From contig JAHLTZ010000025.1 of assembly GCA_025786725.1 (NCBI GenBank), forward strand, positions 248,001-312,000: DNA of 64,000 nucleotides, given 5' to 3'. Both the position numbers and the translations under genes were made by a program. This DNA is from Syncephalis fuscata S228 (lineage: Eukaryota; Fungi; Zoopagomycota). The notes below the pieces were generated by a model. The model was not told the DNA's origin and made no database searches. It saw only the letters and a program-made list of their open reading frames with translations. Below are positions 30,052 to 44,316 of this stretch, piece by piece; position 1 is the stretch's first letter; every line of letters begins with the position of its first letter.

Positions 30052-33000
30052 ATGGCGAGAAAACAGACCCCTGCTTCTAACGATAAGCCAGCACCGGCTA
30101 CCAATGAAGTTAATACGGTGATACAAGGTGAATCAACAGTTGAAGAACAGAACCAACAACTGGAACAGGAACAACAGCCATCAGAGGTTGTATTGGAAGA
30201 GTGTATGTAGTAACAATAGCAATAACATAATATATATATATATATATTAGAACTAGACTAATACTAGAACTGATTAGCAACAATTCCAGTATTCATGCTT
30301 AATGTCAATTTACCATATAGTACAAAGCCATTCAGCGTTCAAGTAAGCACTCAAGAATGCGTACAAGATGTACGTCAAGCCATTATAGAATCGCCCGAGA
30401 CTTGCATCTATTCGTGTTTCTACCTTGCATTCAACGGTCAACGATTGAATGATTATACAGAATTAGGCGCTATCGAAGCATTCACGCCCGAGGATAGTCT
30501 AACATTAGTTGAAGGTAAGTAGCAACAAGTATTGGTTATTAATATGTGTTTAATAATATGCTATTTATTATTAGATAACTATACAGAACGTGAGGCCCGT
30601 ATTCATGTAGCACGTCTTCGTGATATGCTACAAGGACTGGCTCGTTCAAATGCACTTGCAGTCGGTGTGGATCCATCACTTGCTTGCTTCACTGCTGTCA
30701 CCGGTGATCCAAGTAAGTATATTGCCATAATAATAATAATAGTAGAAATATCAATATTTATTAATATAATAAACAGTCGTAGAGGATAAGCCAGTTGAAA
30801 AGAAAAAGTCTAATAAAAAGACGCCATCACCAGCAGCAGCAGTGAGCATTAAACCACATGCATTTGCTGACTATAATGTTGAAGCTTTACCAAGCGTGGA
30901 CCGAATTATACCGGCTAAAGTTCATGAAAGGCCTATTCCATGTCTTAATACATTGACATTATCTGGCTGGAATCCAATTCCACACGTTCGTCGTCTTCAA
31001 GGTAAATAAGCAGTATATACAACAGCTAGTATTGTTCTAACTTAATTGTATCTATTAAAATAGGCGATTTGCTTTATGTGTCTGCTGTAACACTTGAAGG
31101 AGAGGCCTTCTGTATTACAGCATCTATTGATGGATTCTACGTCAATAATTGTACAGATAAGACTTTTGATCCAACAGCCAATTCAAAATATAAATTGCAA
31201 CATTCGTTAGTCAAGTTATTGCAGTCTATTTCATCTAAATTCGCTACAGGATTTGAGAAGTTACAGGCACAAGTTGAACGTACACATATGCTTGAAACTG
31301 TCCCTGTAACAACTGCTTTACCGGCCTACCCATGGTGTGTCAAATCAGGCGAGCCTGTATTTGATGCAGGCCGTCCAGCTGACACTTATTTGAACTTTGG
31401 TGCTGATGCCGTTGATTCACTTCGTGATTGGAACGATGAATTGCAGTCAAGCCGCGAATTGCCACGTACCAACATGCAAGAGCGAGTACAGCGTGACCGT
31501 GCTCTTAACAAAGTGCTGGCTGACTTTTCGGAGGCTGCAGTACGTGGTGCAGTCTCTGTTGTGAATGGCAATGTACCCGCTATTAATCCTATGGATCCAC
31601 CTGAGGTTCAAATGTACATTTACAACAATATCTTCTTCAGTAAAGGATTCGATGGACGTGGTACGTTTGAACAGCTAGGTGGAGAGATGGCAGCACATGC
31701 TGCTACCGGTAAAGACTTGGAAGGTGTACGTATTTTGAATCAACTTGATGTAGAAGGACTTCATACGTTAGGCTGTGTTGTTGTTGACTATAAAGGACAG
31801 CGTGTAGTGGCGCAAAGTATTGTTCCAGGCATTTTCCGTCGACAAGATGAATCGTCGATTGTGTATGGTTCAATTGATGGTGGCCAGACTGTTTCAGCCG
31901 ATGAAGAGTTCCATAAATTGGCTGGTCAACTGGCTAAAAGTCTACACTATTCTGAACATACAGTTAAAGATGGCGACGATAAGGAGCACACATTGTACAC
32001 TTCACTTGAAACGAAGGGTCTTATGGGCGCTGATGGTCGTCGTTATCTTCTCGATCTCTACCGTCTATTGCCAACTGATGTGCTATTCCAAGAAGAAGAA
32101 TGTGACGAGGAAAAAGCCAAGGAAAAAGAACTACCTGTCTATCCACATAAATTAACACTACTACGTTCTGAACTAGTCGATCTAGTATGGGAACATCGAC
32201 TACGTGTATGGGTCAATGAACGAGTAGCGAAGATTAGAGCTGAAAAAGAAGCAAAAGATCCAAAAGCAGCATCTACTACTGATAAAGATACTGAAGAGGG
32301 AGACGATGAGGCACAAGAACTACAGGCTGATCCAAAGCCAGAAGCAGAAAAGCCAACCGACGATTCAGCAACTGCATCGAATAACAATGAAGAAGATGGT
32401 GCAAAGACCGAAGAAGATCCAAATCTAAAGATTGATGTTAACGACTTTGAGTTTAATCTAAATCCAGATGCCTTTACACCAGTACAACATTTAATTCAAT
32501 CAAGCCCAGAAGCTGATCAGAAGACTGAGAATGTTCGAGAAGCATCCAAGTTCCTTCGATCGCATATCATTCCATTGTTGGTTAATGATCTTACCAGTTA
32601 TCAAGTGACACCAATTGATGGCAATGCCCTTACTGTTGCCATGCATCGTCGTGGTATTAATATGCGCTATCTAGGCCGAGTTGTTACGGCTTTGGAGGAA
32701 GTGAACGATAAGCGTTTGGGCCATGTAAAGGCTATTGTAGTACAGGAGATGGTTGTACGTGCTGCTAAGCACATTTTACGCCGTCTACTTCAAACAGTCA
32801 CTTTACGATGGGAGGCTGATTGCATTGCTCATTTCTTGAACTGTTTGCTTGGACGTGAACTTAATCGTGCACCAAAGGCTAAATTCAACGGCAGTAACCC
32901 ACCTGCCTATGTCAGTTTGACACCTGCACTACTTGATGAACAAATTGGTCAAGAAGTAGCATTGCGATACCGCTATAAATTAGCCGATGTGACAAATACA

Positions 33001-34438
33001 ATTGAACAGGGAATACGTAAATTGCCTGTATTAAGAGAGATTTGTTTACGTGTTGGTGTTCAAATTGAGGCACGCAATTATGCATTTGATCATTATCAAC
33101 AATCATCGACGGCAAATAAATCACGAACTGCATCATCTTTAGTATTTACTCCAGCAGATATTATTAATATTCTGCCTGTAGTAAAGGAAGCACCATTAAA
33201 GGTAAGTAAATGAATAATATGAATTAAATGACAATTATTTATTCATTTGTTAAATAGAGTTTCTTTGTTGATGAAGCATTTGAAGCGGGCAAAGTGAGTC
33301 TATCACAAGGTAAGTTTGTATCTATGTAATGACTATAATATTTAGTTTGCTTTTGATAATAGGTAACAAGGAATTGGGCATAGAGCTATTGATGGAGTCA
33401 TTATCGCTACATGAACAAATCTATGGATTCTTGCACCCAGAAACAGCACGTTGTTATGCGGCACTAGCCTTGGTCTATCGTCAATTAGGCGATAATGATG
33501 CCGCTGAAGACTTCCAGCGACGTGCAGTTATTGTAGCAGAACGTGTCGTTGGTATTGACCACGCCGATACCATTAATTATTACATGAATCTTGGCTTATT
33601 CGAACATGCTTTGGGCAAGACTCAGCTTGCACTACGCTATCTTCGACGAGCCATGGATTGCTGGCGTGTTGTTTATGGTGACCATCATCCAGATTCTGCC
33701 ACCGCCGATGTAAGTAATTGGTTTATGAATATATATATCTATATATACGTTTATGTATACTAATAGATTGATTTATGATCATTTAGAATAATGTTGCCGT
33801 TATGCTACAATCGCTTAATGACTTTGCAGGCAGCTTAAATCTTTTCCAGCGGGCCCGTGATACTTATCAGCTAGTATTGGGTCCCAAGCATATTGTTACT
33901 ACTAACTGGTAAGTCTACAATGATATGGAATTAAAGCAAGTTATATTTATTTCTAATTAATATTAATATGTGTTAATAGCATCCATACGCTAGCTAAAGC
34001 ATATGCATTATCGGGTGACTTTAAATTGGCGTTGAAGACGGAAAAGACTGCCTATAATGCTTATCGTACAAAGTTGGGTGAAGAAGATCCACGTACTAAA
34101 GAAAGTGCTATGTGGCTTGAAGAATTTACAGCACGTGCTGTCGACTCGGTAAGAACAACAATGATAATAGTATTTTGTCATATATTAACATATATATATA
34201 TATATATATTGATTAATAGGCCCGCAAGGAAAAACAATCGAATGGCCGCTCGTTAACTGAACTGCTAAATGGCGATTTGTCTGAACCGACAACCGCTGGA
34301 CAATTATCATCAGGCAAGCCTGTTCATGGCGATTTGCCTATCGAAGATCTACTGGCGTATATTAATGAGCCAAATGGTCAACGTAAAAAGAAGAGCGGTA
34401 AAGGAAAGAAGCGTGACTCATCGACTAAACAACAGTAA
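30052..34438 (+). CDS. CLU1: Clustered mitochondria protein Clu1/Tif31
   Basis: LSGWNPIPHVRRLQGDLLYV, LRDWNDELQSSRELP, VVDYKGQRVVAQSIVPGIF, KGLMGADGRRYLLDLYR, MHRRGINMRYLG and C-terminal TPRs. Confidence 0.96.
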
Positions 34439-35463
34439 TAATAACGATGATGTTCTAATGACGACGACGATGCTAATAATCATTATGTTGACAAAAATAA
34501 TAAAATTACTAAGAATAATAAATAAAAACATTTATTATTAACCAATTAAATAGACAATGCAAGTGTGTTAATGCGATTTATGTCATATATATATAATTTA
34601 AATTATATTAACAAATATTTACATAAATCGTGTTTTTGATTAACTTTTGTTGTAAAACCATTGTTCTAAATTATATACCAAACGGCACAACTAAGCATGG
34701 AGAATTTGAATCTAACCACAATTTTTCTGTATTTTACATAAGTTATAGATGGATTGTAGTAATGTTTTATTAATTAAATTATTGTCATTGTTTTTAATTT
34801 ACATTGCGGTGTCATGGATAAGCCAACCAATTAAATAATAAAATATAATAGAGTGAAGGTCAATACTTTGCTATAAGATAGGCAAATCATGTATGTATTT
34901 ATATTAAGCGTGTGATACACAGTTATCCAAATAAATAAATATATATGCCAAGCAATCTTTAAATTGTTACAATGACATTTAACATTATTTATAATTGACT
35001 TATTAATAATATCATTATCATTGTATATTCCTATTGTTATATAGCATTTTATCCCATATTGAACACATTCTATTCTACATAAACTCTAAACACCAATTGT
35101 TTTATTTATTGACTTTTATGTATTACAACTTTTTTAAAATTATGCTTAATATTTATATTGTTTATTAGCGATTTATACCACGATTTCTATGTAATAAACG
35201 ATACACAACACTTTTATATATTATTTTCCAAGACAATGTCTACTTTATCATGATATCATTTATTGATGTGATCATTCATACCACAACTATTGATCTGACA
35301 CATCCCATTAAAATGTATGCAAGATTATATATATTTAATAAACAGTTTATTATAAACAATTTAACCAATAGCCGTTTATGAATAGGCTATACATGGTTAT
35401 ATAAACAAGATCTGTCGATTGCTCTTTGTATAAACCGCTGTGACACCAGTATCTACTGGCTAT

Positions 35464-35652
35464 TTAGTATCTCCAGCCCCAGTTACCGGTACCGTCACCG
35501 TTGTCCTTGCATTCGAGATTGCCCACGGGTGCAGAACCAATAACACATGGAGAACCGTTGGTGGGTGGCTTGGTGAATCCTGGCTTAGCCTCGACCAAAA
35601 CGACGGCGACCAAGAGGGCGGCAGCAGCAATGATTACAGTGGCGAACTTCAT
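35464..35652 (-). CDS. Small secreted peptide (62 aa, 2 Cys), candidate effector/antimicrobial
   Basis: MKFATVIIAAAALLVAVVLVEA-KPGFTKPPTNGSPCVIGSAPVGNLECKDNGDGTGNWGWRY; clear signal peptide, GC-richer than flanks, upstream TATAAATA. Confidence 0.8.
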   Translation of the reverse strand: MKFATVIIAAAALLVAVVLVEAKPGFTKPPTNGSPCVIGSAPVGNLECKDNGDGTGNWGWRY

Positions 35653-35783
35653 GTTGATTAGTTGGTAGTAGATTGAGTGGTGTATGTTGGATACAATTAG
35701 ATTAAGATAGTGAGTCAGACTAGATACTTGTGTGTGTGTGGTGTGGTGTGTGATGCGATAATTGACGTGCATATCAACTCGAT

Positions 35784-35791
35784 TATTTATA
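35784..35791 (-). promoter_or_regulatory. Putative TATA box of the small secreted peptide gene
   Basis: TATAAATA ~130 nt upstream of the ATG, followed by a CA-rich leader. Confidence 0.5.
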
Positions 35792-36755
35792 CTGTAATCC
35801 GTTGGCAGATCTAACTACAACCATACAGGTATTGGCCAATACAAGAGTACTCACGCTAACAATAGCAATTACTTAATTTAGAAGGCAGACTTGTTTACTG
35901 AGAAAATATCATTCGGCTATAAATTTAGTCAGTTCAGGCATCAGAAGATAGAATTATTATTTACTGGATTCGTATAAGACGTGAGAGTCTGTGTAACAAG
36001 ATTAAGCATGTAAAATTTTAGATGTTTTATTCATATAAATCACCAATATTATCTATCAGCCACTAGTATTAATGAATGTAATATCGGGCTGCTGTGCATT
36101 GCTATTAAAAAGAATACAACTGATTAAGTGATTAAATCAAATAGAGCCATTTGAGCGCGGGTTAAACATTGTGTATAAAGCTCACAGCTTTGCATATAAA
36201 GCCTTGTGTACAAAGGTCGGAGTGCCTATTTGTGATTACCTTATTGAGTATTAGCACTGCCTAAATAATCTAATTTAGTTTAATCCCGATATCTACAAAA
36301 ATACACTCATGAAAATCACCTGTGATTCATCAAATATAAACATAAGAATATTCTAATCGTTTAATTGTTATTTCGGCAAAAATAACAAAGATTATTCGAC
36401 ATAACATGCAGTAAATATGATGTTCCAAATACAGAAGTATCAATTAAACACAACTACTGCTTAGGCAGATCAATAATAAACGCAGTTTCAATAATAAATC
36501 ATACTAATAATCAAACCAAGTCAAATATACCATTGTATTATATGCGCATGTTTATTGATACTATCATATTAATAGCAAAAATAGAATTAATATAACAAAA
36601 TCTATAGATATGACCAAGCCATTATCAAATACAGGCTAAATACAAGTTTAATAAAGATAATAATTATTTTTATTAAATGTTAAAATTGACCCATTCCACA
36701 TAGTTGAACAACAACAATATACTTTTAAAAAGAGAGAAGGGCCTATAGATTTAAC

Positions 36756-36789
<34 letters not shown>

Positions 36790-36919
36790 GCGAATAAATG
36801 AATGATTATGTGCATGTCTAAGTAGATTAATATAATAACAGTCGCATAAAATAAACAATACACATAATCAATAACTAATGAAAACATGGCTATAGACACA
36901 CACACACACACACACACAC
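36756..36919. repeat. (TAA)n and (CA)n microsatellites downstream of the RhoGAP gene
   Basis: TAA run ~36757..36789 and CA run ~36897..36919. Confidence 0.85.
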
Positions 36920-36949
36920 CTATATATATACTATTATATATATACTATA

Positions 36950-39900
36950 TTATAGTGGCAGTTCTACTTTTCCTACTGGTGGTGGTGTTGTACTATCCAA
37001 ATCAACACTAGATAATGTCAATAATGACGACTTGATGGCATCAATAGCCTTCATCTTATGACTATTGCCATTACTATCTACAATATTATCATCATCATCA
37101 GATGTCTCTGATGGACTAGGTGGTAGCGGTATATCGTGAGGGGATACTTGGTGCTGTAATATCAACAATTCATCCAATGAAGTCGTGATTTTTAGGTTTT
37201 CCACCATTGATACTGAAGTTGTTATTTCAGTAACTTCTTCTTCCCCATCTACTTCTAATTGATCAGTAGACAATGCCACTTCTTCAATTACTGTTACTGG
37301 ATCATCAACTGGCGAATGAGATCGATGGAGTAGAGCTTTAAGTCGAGCTTCCATTTGGTCTACTTCTACTTCAGCCTTCTCAGTATCAGTGTCACTTATA
37401 CCATCATCGATCACCACGGTATTTGTTGGGGGATGGGCATTTGCCAATAAACTAAGCTTTTCCATAAATGATGAAGCAGGTGAAATACGTCCAGTAATCG
37501 GCTCATCAACATCACTTGGTACATCCGAGAATGTAGCATCATCTTCAAATTGATCCACTTTAAGCAAATCCATATTAGATGCACGGATATGAATGATCTT
37601 TTTGTTAACATCATCATCATCATCATCAAATGACAATGCCGGAGATGGTGGTGATATAATAGTACGTGTCATTGTGTAAACATCTGATTCTATAATGTCA
37701 TCTTCATCGTCATCATCTTCATTATCGGTATTGATATCTTCATCATGTTGATCTGATCGTTTAGATGAATAAGCGTTAATTAATTCATCTTCACTATCAG
37801 ATAAAGGAACATATGGATCACTGGAGATACTCATATTTAACAAGTTATTTGATAATGAAAAGCCGTCATTGTCCTCGTCTTCATTCTCGTAGTCATCTTC
37901 TTGTTCGCTGTCTGATTCAGGTAGTCGAGTATGAATAGCTTCTTGTTCAATAGCCAGCATATCTTCATCAGGGAAAGTAGGTGTGGGCATAAGAATAGCT
38001 TGTTCTTTAACAGTTGATATCTCTTCTTTTTCTACTATGATTGTTGTGGCTGCTGTGACAGTCTCTTCTGTTACTTCAATAGTAATATTAGATATCGATT
38101 CAGATGTAGTAGATCTTTCTTCTTCAATGACAATATCTGATGTTGTAATTATTTCTTTTACCGTTGATACTATCTCAGATTCATTAATAGTAGATTCCGA
38201 TAATGATTCTTTATCGTCTTCAATAACCGTAGTTGATGCTACAACTAATTCTTCTAATAAAGATGCAGATTCTTCTTCGATGATATTTTCTGATACTGCA
38301 ATGGCATTCTCTTCAATAACAGTTTCTGATGTTGTAATAACTTCATCAAGTACTGATGTTGATTCAGAATCTTCAATAGCAACTTCTGATACTGCAATAA
38401 CATCTTCAGCAATAGATTCTTCTTCAATAACAACACCTGATGTTGTAATGACTTCATCAAGTACTGATGTTGATTCAGAAGCTTCAATAGCAATGTCTGA
38501 TACTGCAATGGCATCTTCAGCAATAGATTCTTCTTCAATAACAACATCTGATGTTGTAATAAATTCATCAATTACTGATGTTGATTCAGAAGCTTCAATA
38601 ACAACTTCTGATACTGCAATAACATCTTCAGCAATTGATTTTTCTTCAATAACAACACCCGATGTTGTAATGACTTCATCAAGTACTGATGTTGATTCAG
38701 AAGCTTCAATAACAACTTCAGATACTGCAATAACATCTTCAGCAATAGATTCTTCTTCAATAACAACACCTGATGTTGTAATGACTTCATCAAGTACTGA
38801 TGTTGATTCAGAAGCTTCAATAACAACTTCTGATACTGCAATAACATCTTCAGCAATATATTCTTCTTCAATAACAACATCTGATGTTGTAATGACTTCA
38901 TCAAGTACTGATGTTGATTCAGAAGCTTCAATAACAACTTCTGATACTGCAATAACATCTTCAGCAATAGATTCTTCTTCAATAACAACATCTGATGTTG
39001 TAATGACTTCATCAAGTACTGATGTTGATTCAGAAGCTTCAATAGCAACTTCTGATACTGCAATAACATCTTCAGCAATATATTCTTCTTCAATAACAAC
39101 ACCTGATGTTGTAATGACTTCATCAAGTACTGATGTTGATTCAGAAGCTTCAATAACAACTTCTGATACTGCAATAACATCTTCAGCAATAGATTCTTCT
39201 TCAATAACAACATCTGATGTTGTAATGACTTCATCAAGTACTGATGTTGATTCAGAAGCTTCAATAGCAACTTCTGATACTGCAATAACATCTTCAGCAA
39301 TAGATTCTTCTTCAATAACAACACCTGATGTTGTAATGACTTCATCAAGTACTGATGTTGATTCAGAAGCTTCAATAACAACTTCTGATACTGCAATAAC
39401 ATCTTCAGCAATTGATTTTTCTTCAATAACAACACCCGATGTTGTAATGACTTCATCAAGTACTGATTTATCTTCTTCAATAGAGAGTTCCAATGCTGTC
39501 ATCACTTCATCTAGTGCTGCTACAGACTCTTTATCGATAATAGTAGTCGATGATGCGATAGTATCTTCTAATACAAACTCTTCATCAATAGAAATAGTAG
39601 ATGTGGTAGCTACCTCTTCAATCATTATTAATGGTGCTGTTACTTTTAATACTGCATTATCTTCAGATTCAATATGAGCTACACTAGCACCAATAATATC
39701 ATTCAATGTTAGTGTATCGTTCGCATCCTCTTCTTCTTCTTCAATCTCCATTAATTGACTCGATTGAATTGAATGTGAATGAACAATATCGACAGATCTG
39801 TCTAATTTAGTATCCAATTCAGTCTCACGATGAATACCGTAAACATTATTCTCTACTGAAGTAATAGCCGTTGTAACTGCTACTGTAACTACTTCATCAG

Positions 39901-42900
39901 CTACTTTATCAGCTTCCCGTTTAACTTCTTCATATGCTTCATCCATATCAAATAACACATCAGGGAATGATATTAACTTGCGCGGTATCACGTTAGGTGG
40001 TGGTTGCTGTTCTGTATCAGTAGATAAATTTACTTCATCAGTACTATTATTGTTGGATAATGTAATAATAGGCGCATCATCATCATCATCATCGTTATTG
40101 ATTTCTTTATCTGTAATAGCCACTGTGGTAGATACAGCTGATATTGATTTAATCGAATAAGTTGAAACAATGTTGTCACTATCACTGTCACTATCATATT
40201 CATATTCATATTCATCTTCATCTTCATCTTCTTGTTCAACCGTTGATTTGACCGTATCATTTAATATGATAGTGTCAGTTTTCATAACTACTTCTTCTAT
40301 AATATTGGTGACCATAGATTCAGAAATAGTATTTACCTCTTGTTCATTAATAGAACCGCTGATTAAAGGCCCAGACTTGCTAGATTGAGATAGATCACTA
40401 GTTGTGATATCAATAGTGTTATCTACTTGTTCAGTAAATAGAATCTCTCTATTTAATGATTCGGTAATTGTTGCTGTCTCCGTTATATCTACTGTCTGAA
40501 CTGTATCCACTGTCAGTTCACGTTCACAAACATCACTTGTAGTAATATCGATATCACGTAATCCATTTACATCAGTTGAATCTACTGGACTATCATTGGC
40601 ATCTACTTCATTAAGAGCCTTTTCCCTTAGTGTGTCTACAATAGCTTGAACGACTGGTTCAGCCTCTGATAATGAAGTGGCCGCACTATCTGGACTATCT
40701 TGACGAGCTACTATATCGGCAATTTCTGTTGTACTTTCCACATCCAATTCATCTTCTAAATCATCATCCTCTCCTGATTCACTATCAGAGAACCATAAGA
40801 TGGAAGATGCCGCCGATGATGTACGAACAAGTTCGGTAGATGGTGCTGTTGTATCAGGTAATTCATCATCGATATCATTCTCCTGATAGGCATCACCTTC
40901 TGGGTCAAAGTCCATATCTTCAATGTCACTATTGCTATTGCTATGATCAGGTTCGAATATAGTGAATTCCAATCGAGGTACTAATCCAGCACTAGTAGGT
41001 GTGAATTGCATGGCATTGAGTTCTTCCTCTTCGTAATTATTAACCGTAACTGCAATAGATGTATCAGCCATTTGAGTAGTATCGGCATCTTCATCGCCTT
41101 CTTCTTGCTGTTGTTGTTTATTCTGCATAGCTAAACGAGCCCGTTCATAAATACTGAATGTGGGTGATAAAACACTTTCTAATGGATTATGTGATTCTGA
41201 TTCACTTTCAGTCTCTGAGTCATTTTCACCATCATTATTGCTACGTGAATTACCAAATGATCCCATTAATGCGGCCAAGGCAGCTTCTCTGTTCTTTTGG
41301 CGTACTTCATCAGACTCATCATCGGATGAATTAGGTGATGGTTCTTCAAGAGATGATGGATCTTGTAAATGGTTGATGGCCACGGTGATAGAAGCAGCGG
41401 CAATGGCTGTACCAGCTATTACTTGTCCAGAATATGATTTTGGTGTAGTATTGCCATCCTTTGTATCTTCTTCATACTGATAACTATGCTCATTGCTATG
41501 TTCTTCATATTGATAGCTAATAGGGGATATTTCCCGACTAATAGGTTCTTCTGGATCATAATTGATGTCATTTTGGAATGAGTGGGCAGATTCACGACGT
41601 ATATCGGTTGATTCGTCAATAGTGGTCGTTTCAAGGCTCATTTCTTCAATGATACTACGGCTTTCTGGAATACTGGATAGCTGCGAACGTTGAACAGTTT
41701 CCGGTGAACTAAGATCGACATTAGTAAGTGAAATATCGCGTGCTTGTACCACAGGTAGACTAGCTTCAATATCCCGGTTACTATCACTGCTCATGCTTCG
41801 TTTAATGGCTACATCAGTTGTTGTAGTCGTTACTTCTGCTTCCATTTCCATAATACTGCTAGAGCTTACAGTATTAATCATAGCCACCATATCAAGTGAT
41901 TCAGTAGCTTGTGATTCAGTCATTTTAGATATCATTTCTTCGTTGTCTGAATCCCATGAAGTTGATACTGAATGGTTATCGCTATCATCGATGTCGACTG
42001 GCTCTGAACTGAGTAGCTCTTCAGTCAGCATATTAGATTCAGTGAATGAAGCATCATATGGACTACGAGTTGATTGTGTATCTGAATTGATAGAGCTACG
42101 GTCACTCATATGGCTGGCCACTGCTTCTTGAATACGTTTACGAACATTAGGGGCCAGTGTCGATAGATCTTGTGAATCACGATTTAAATTGTACTCGCTT
42201 AATGATACAATTGAATGGCGATGTGTAGGTGAAAAGATAAGTCTAAAGGCGGTGATTAAATCACGTACAAGTCGTTGTGGATGTCGGTCGTGGAAATTGA
42301 CGCGTGTCATATGTTCTGGTCGTAAGAAACTTGGACCCAGTGACATACCAAGTGAAGCTAGATATTCATCATCAGCCGATGTTGATAAGGCCAAACTAGA
42401 TAAATAAAATAGATTAGTTAATAAATAGATTATTAATTAGTAGCTGTTATATTATCATTATTAATTTACTATATTTACTTACTTGTATAAATGGCTTACA
42501 ATTCGATTTAATGTATGGAAGTTGGCTGTAGGCATAGTAGTTAACATACTACGTAATGCAACAAAACGTGCATCAATATTGTCGCCACTCTTGCGATAAA
42601 GTGCCTTTACGGGTTCATATAAATTATAGGTGCACAGGCATTCGGGCAGTTCCATTAAGTATAAACGCAATGCTCCCACAACCGTATTAAGATCAAATTG
42701 TCGTAATTGTTTAAGTGTAACTGGCTGGCCAGTATTAACACTGCCACGTAATCGATGAATAATTGGTAATTGTAAGGGTGCAATCCACATACGCTGTTTA
42801 GTTTCATCAGGTAGTGCGTGGAGCTCCTTTTCAATCAAACTTAAACATTTGGCCACAAATGGCGGAATCTTTGTCTGCGATACACGGGCCTGTTCTTCAA

Positions 42901-44316
42901 TGGATATACCGAATATCTGATCTGATGCAGGACTATGATAGTAGCTTTCATAGACCATAGGGCGTGGTGCATAGGGACCGGTACGGTATTGTTGTACAAA
43001 GTATTGCATGTCGAAATCTGTACGCATTGCTTCCAGATAGACGACCATACGATCACATACCGCTTGAGTGACGGTCATGACATTTGATAATGCTACGGCC
43101 AAATTAGTAAAAGCTGACCGTACTTCTTCAATACGTTCGCGTTCGGCATGGTTCATCGCATTATAGTAGGACATCAGACGCTGTTCCACTAGCATACGGG
43201 ACTGTTCAACGCGCGATACTGCTTGATGATAAACATCGTCGGCTTCATCGGCCACAGCCCGCAGTTTACGATGCTCTTCTTCGTCAGGATCAGCGGCCAA
43301 TCGACGCCACTGGTAGTAATAGTTGGGGCGGGCCTGGAAAGTGCCACCCATACCTACTACCTTTAAATAGCCATTATCAATCATGGCTTGGCCTACCTCT
43401 TCGGCTGCACGAAGTGTTTTTAAATGGTCACGGCAGGATTGCAGTAGCCATTGGGCAAGTAATTCGCCATTTACTGAATGCCGATATACGCCAAATAAAG
43501 AGTAGCGTACATCCTCCATTGGTATATTCTGTTGCAATCGACCTAGGAAGGCATCTAAATCGCGCTCAGTTGAAAAGCTAAGTGGTCCAAGACGAACAAA
43601 GGCCGTTCGTGGATTTTCAATCATATAGTCGACATCGTGAAGACGTGACTTCTCTGCCATGACCACGGACTCGGCATGATCGGCAACTTCACATTTATTT
43701 AAATAATCATCATGGGCTCTATCAAGTACATCAATCTAAATAATAATATAATATAGTTAATTAAATAATTAAATATTAAACAAATGTTAATTAAATAAAT
43801 TCAGCTTACCTGTTTCTCAAAATCACGCACTGATCCATTTAATTCCTCCATACCCACACGTACACGCCGTTGGTGATCTTCAGCAAACCTCATCAATGGC
43901 TGTAATACCATCACAGTAATATTGTCTGCTAATTGGCGATGGCAATGTCCCAATTGCTCGCTTTCTGATTTTACATTTTCAAATGTTCGCCGTAATGATG
44001 CACCATCATCACGACCAAATCCCTGAGGATTCAATTTAAGTGCACTCAATTCTTTAAGCTTGTTGGCATAGAGTTCTTCGATACCGATGCGCTGTCGAAG
44101 AAAGTCTGCAATATCTTCACATTCAATACAGCCCTGCTGCATTTTTTGATAAAGTACATCCAATCCCATACGGTAATCGGTTATATCGCCATCGTGAAGA
44201 CCGCCTGGTGACCAAAAGTTATCTTCAAAGCGATAAGAGGTTGGAAATGCCGTATACGATGAACCAAACGCCGGAGACGGCGGCACTGACTCGGCAATAC
44301 TGGCAGAACTCGACAT
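36950..44316 (-). CDS. F-BAR + DEP + RhoGAP protein (Rgd2/Rga8-like) with ~1750-aa acidic C-terminal extension (3 exons)
   Basis: FEDNFWS...GLDVLYQKMQQG...FLRQRIGIEELYA (FCH/F-BAR); DEP-like NGELLAQWL...EVGQAMIDNGYLKVVG; IFGISIEE, LRLYLMELPECL (RhoGAP); phase-2 intron joins to LGMSLGPSFLRPE at the start of the long last exon. Confidence 0.9.
38310..39467 (-). repeat. Coding tandem repeat, 111-bp (37-aa) unit, ~10.4 copies
   Basis: Unit SVLDEVITTSGVVIEEESIAEDVIAVSEVVIEASEST; period seen directly (TTGATTCAGAAGC at 38581 and 38692). Confidence 0.95.

Noticed and set aside
37983-39677. 564-aa plus-strand Ser/Thr-rich ORF and the alternate-frame 302-aa Leu/Lys ORF
   Set aside because: Shadow frames of the 111-bp coding repeat in the RhoGAP tail; GTG/TTG-type starts and no independent gene signals.
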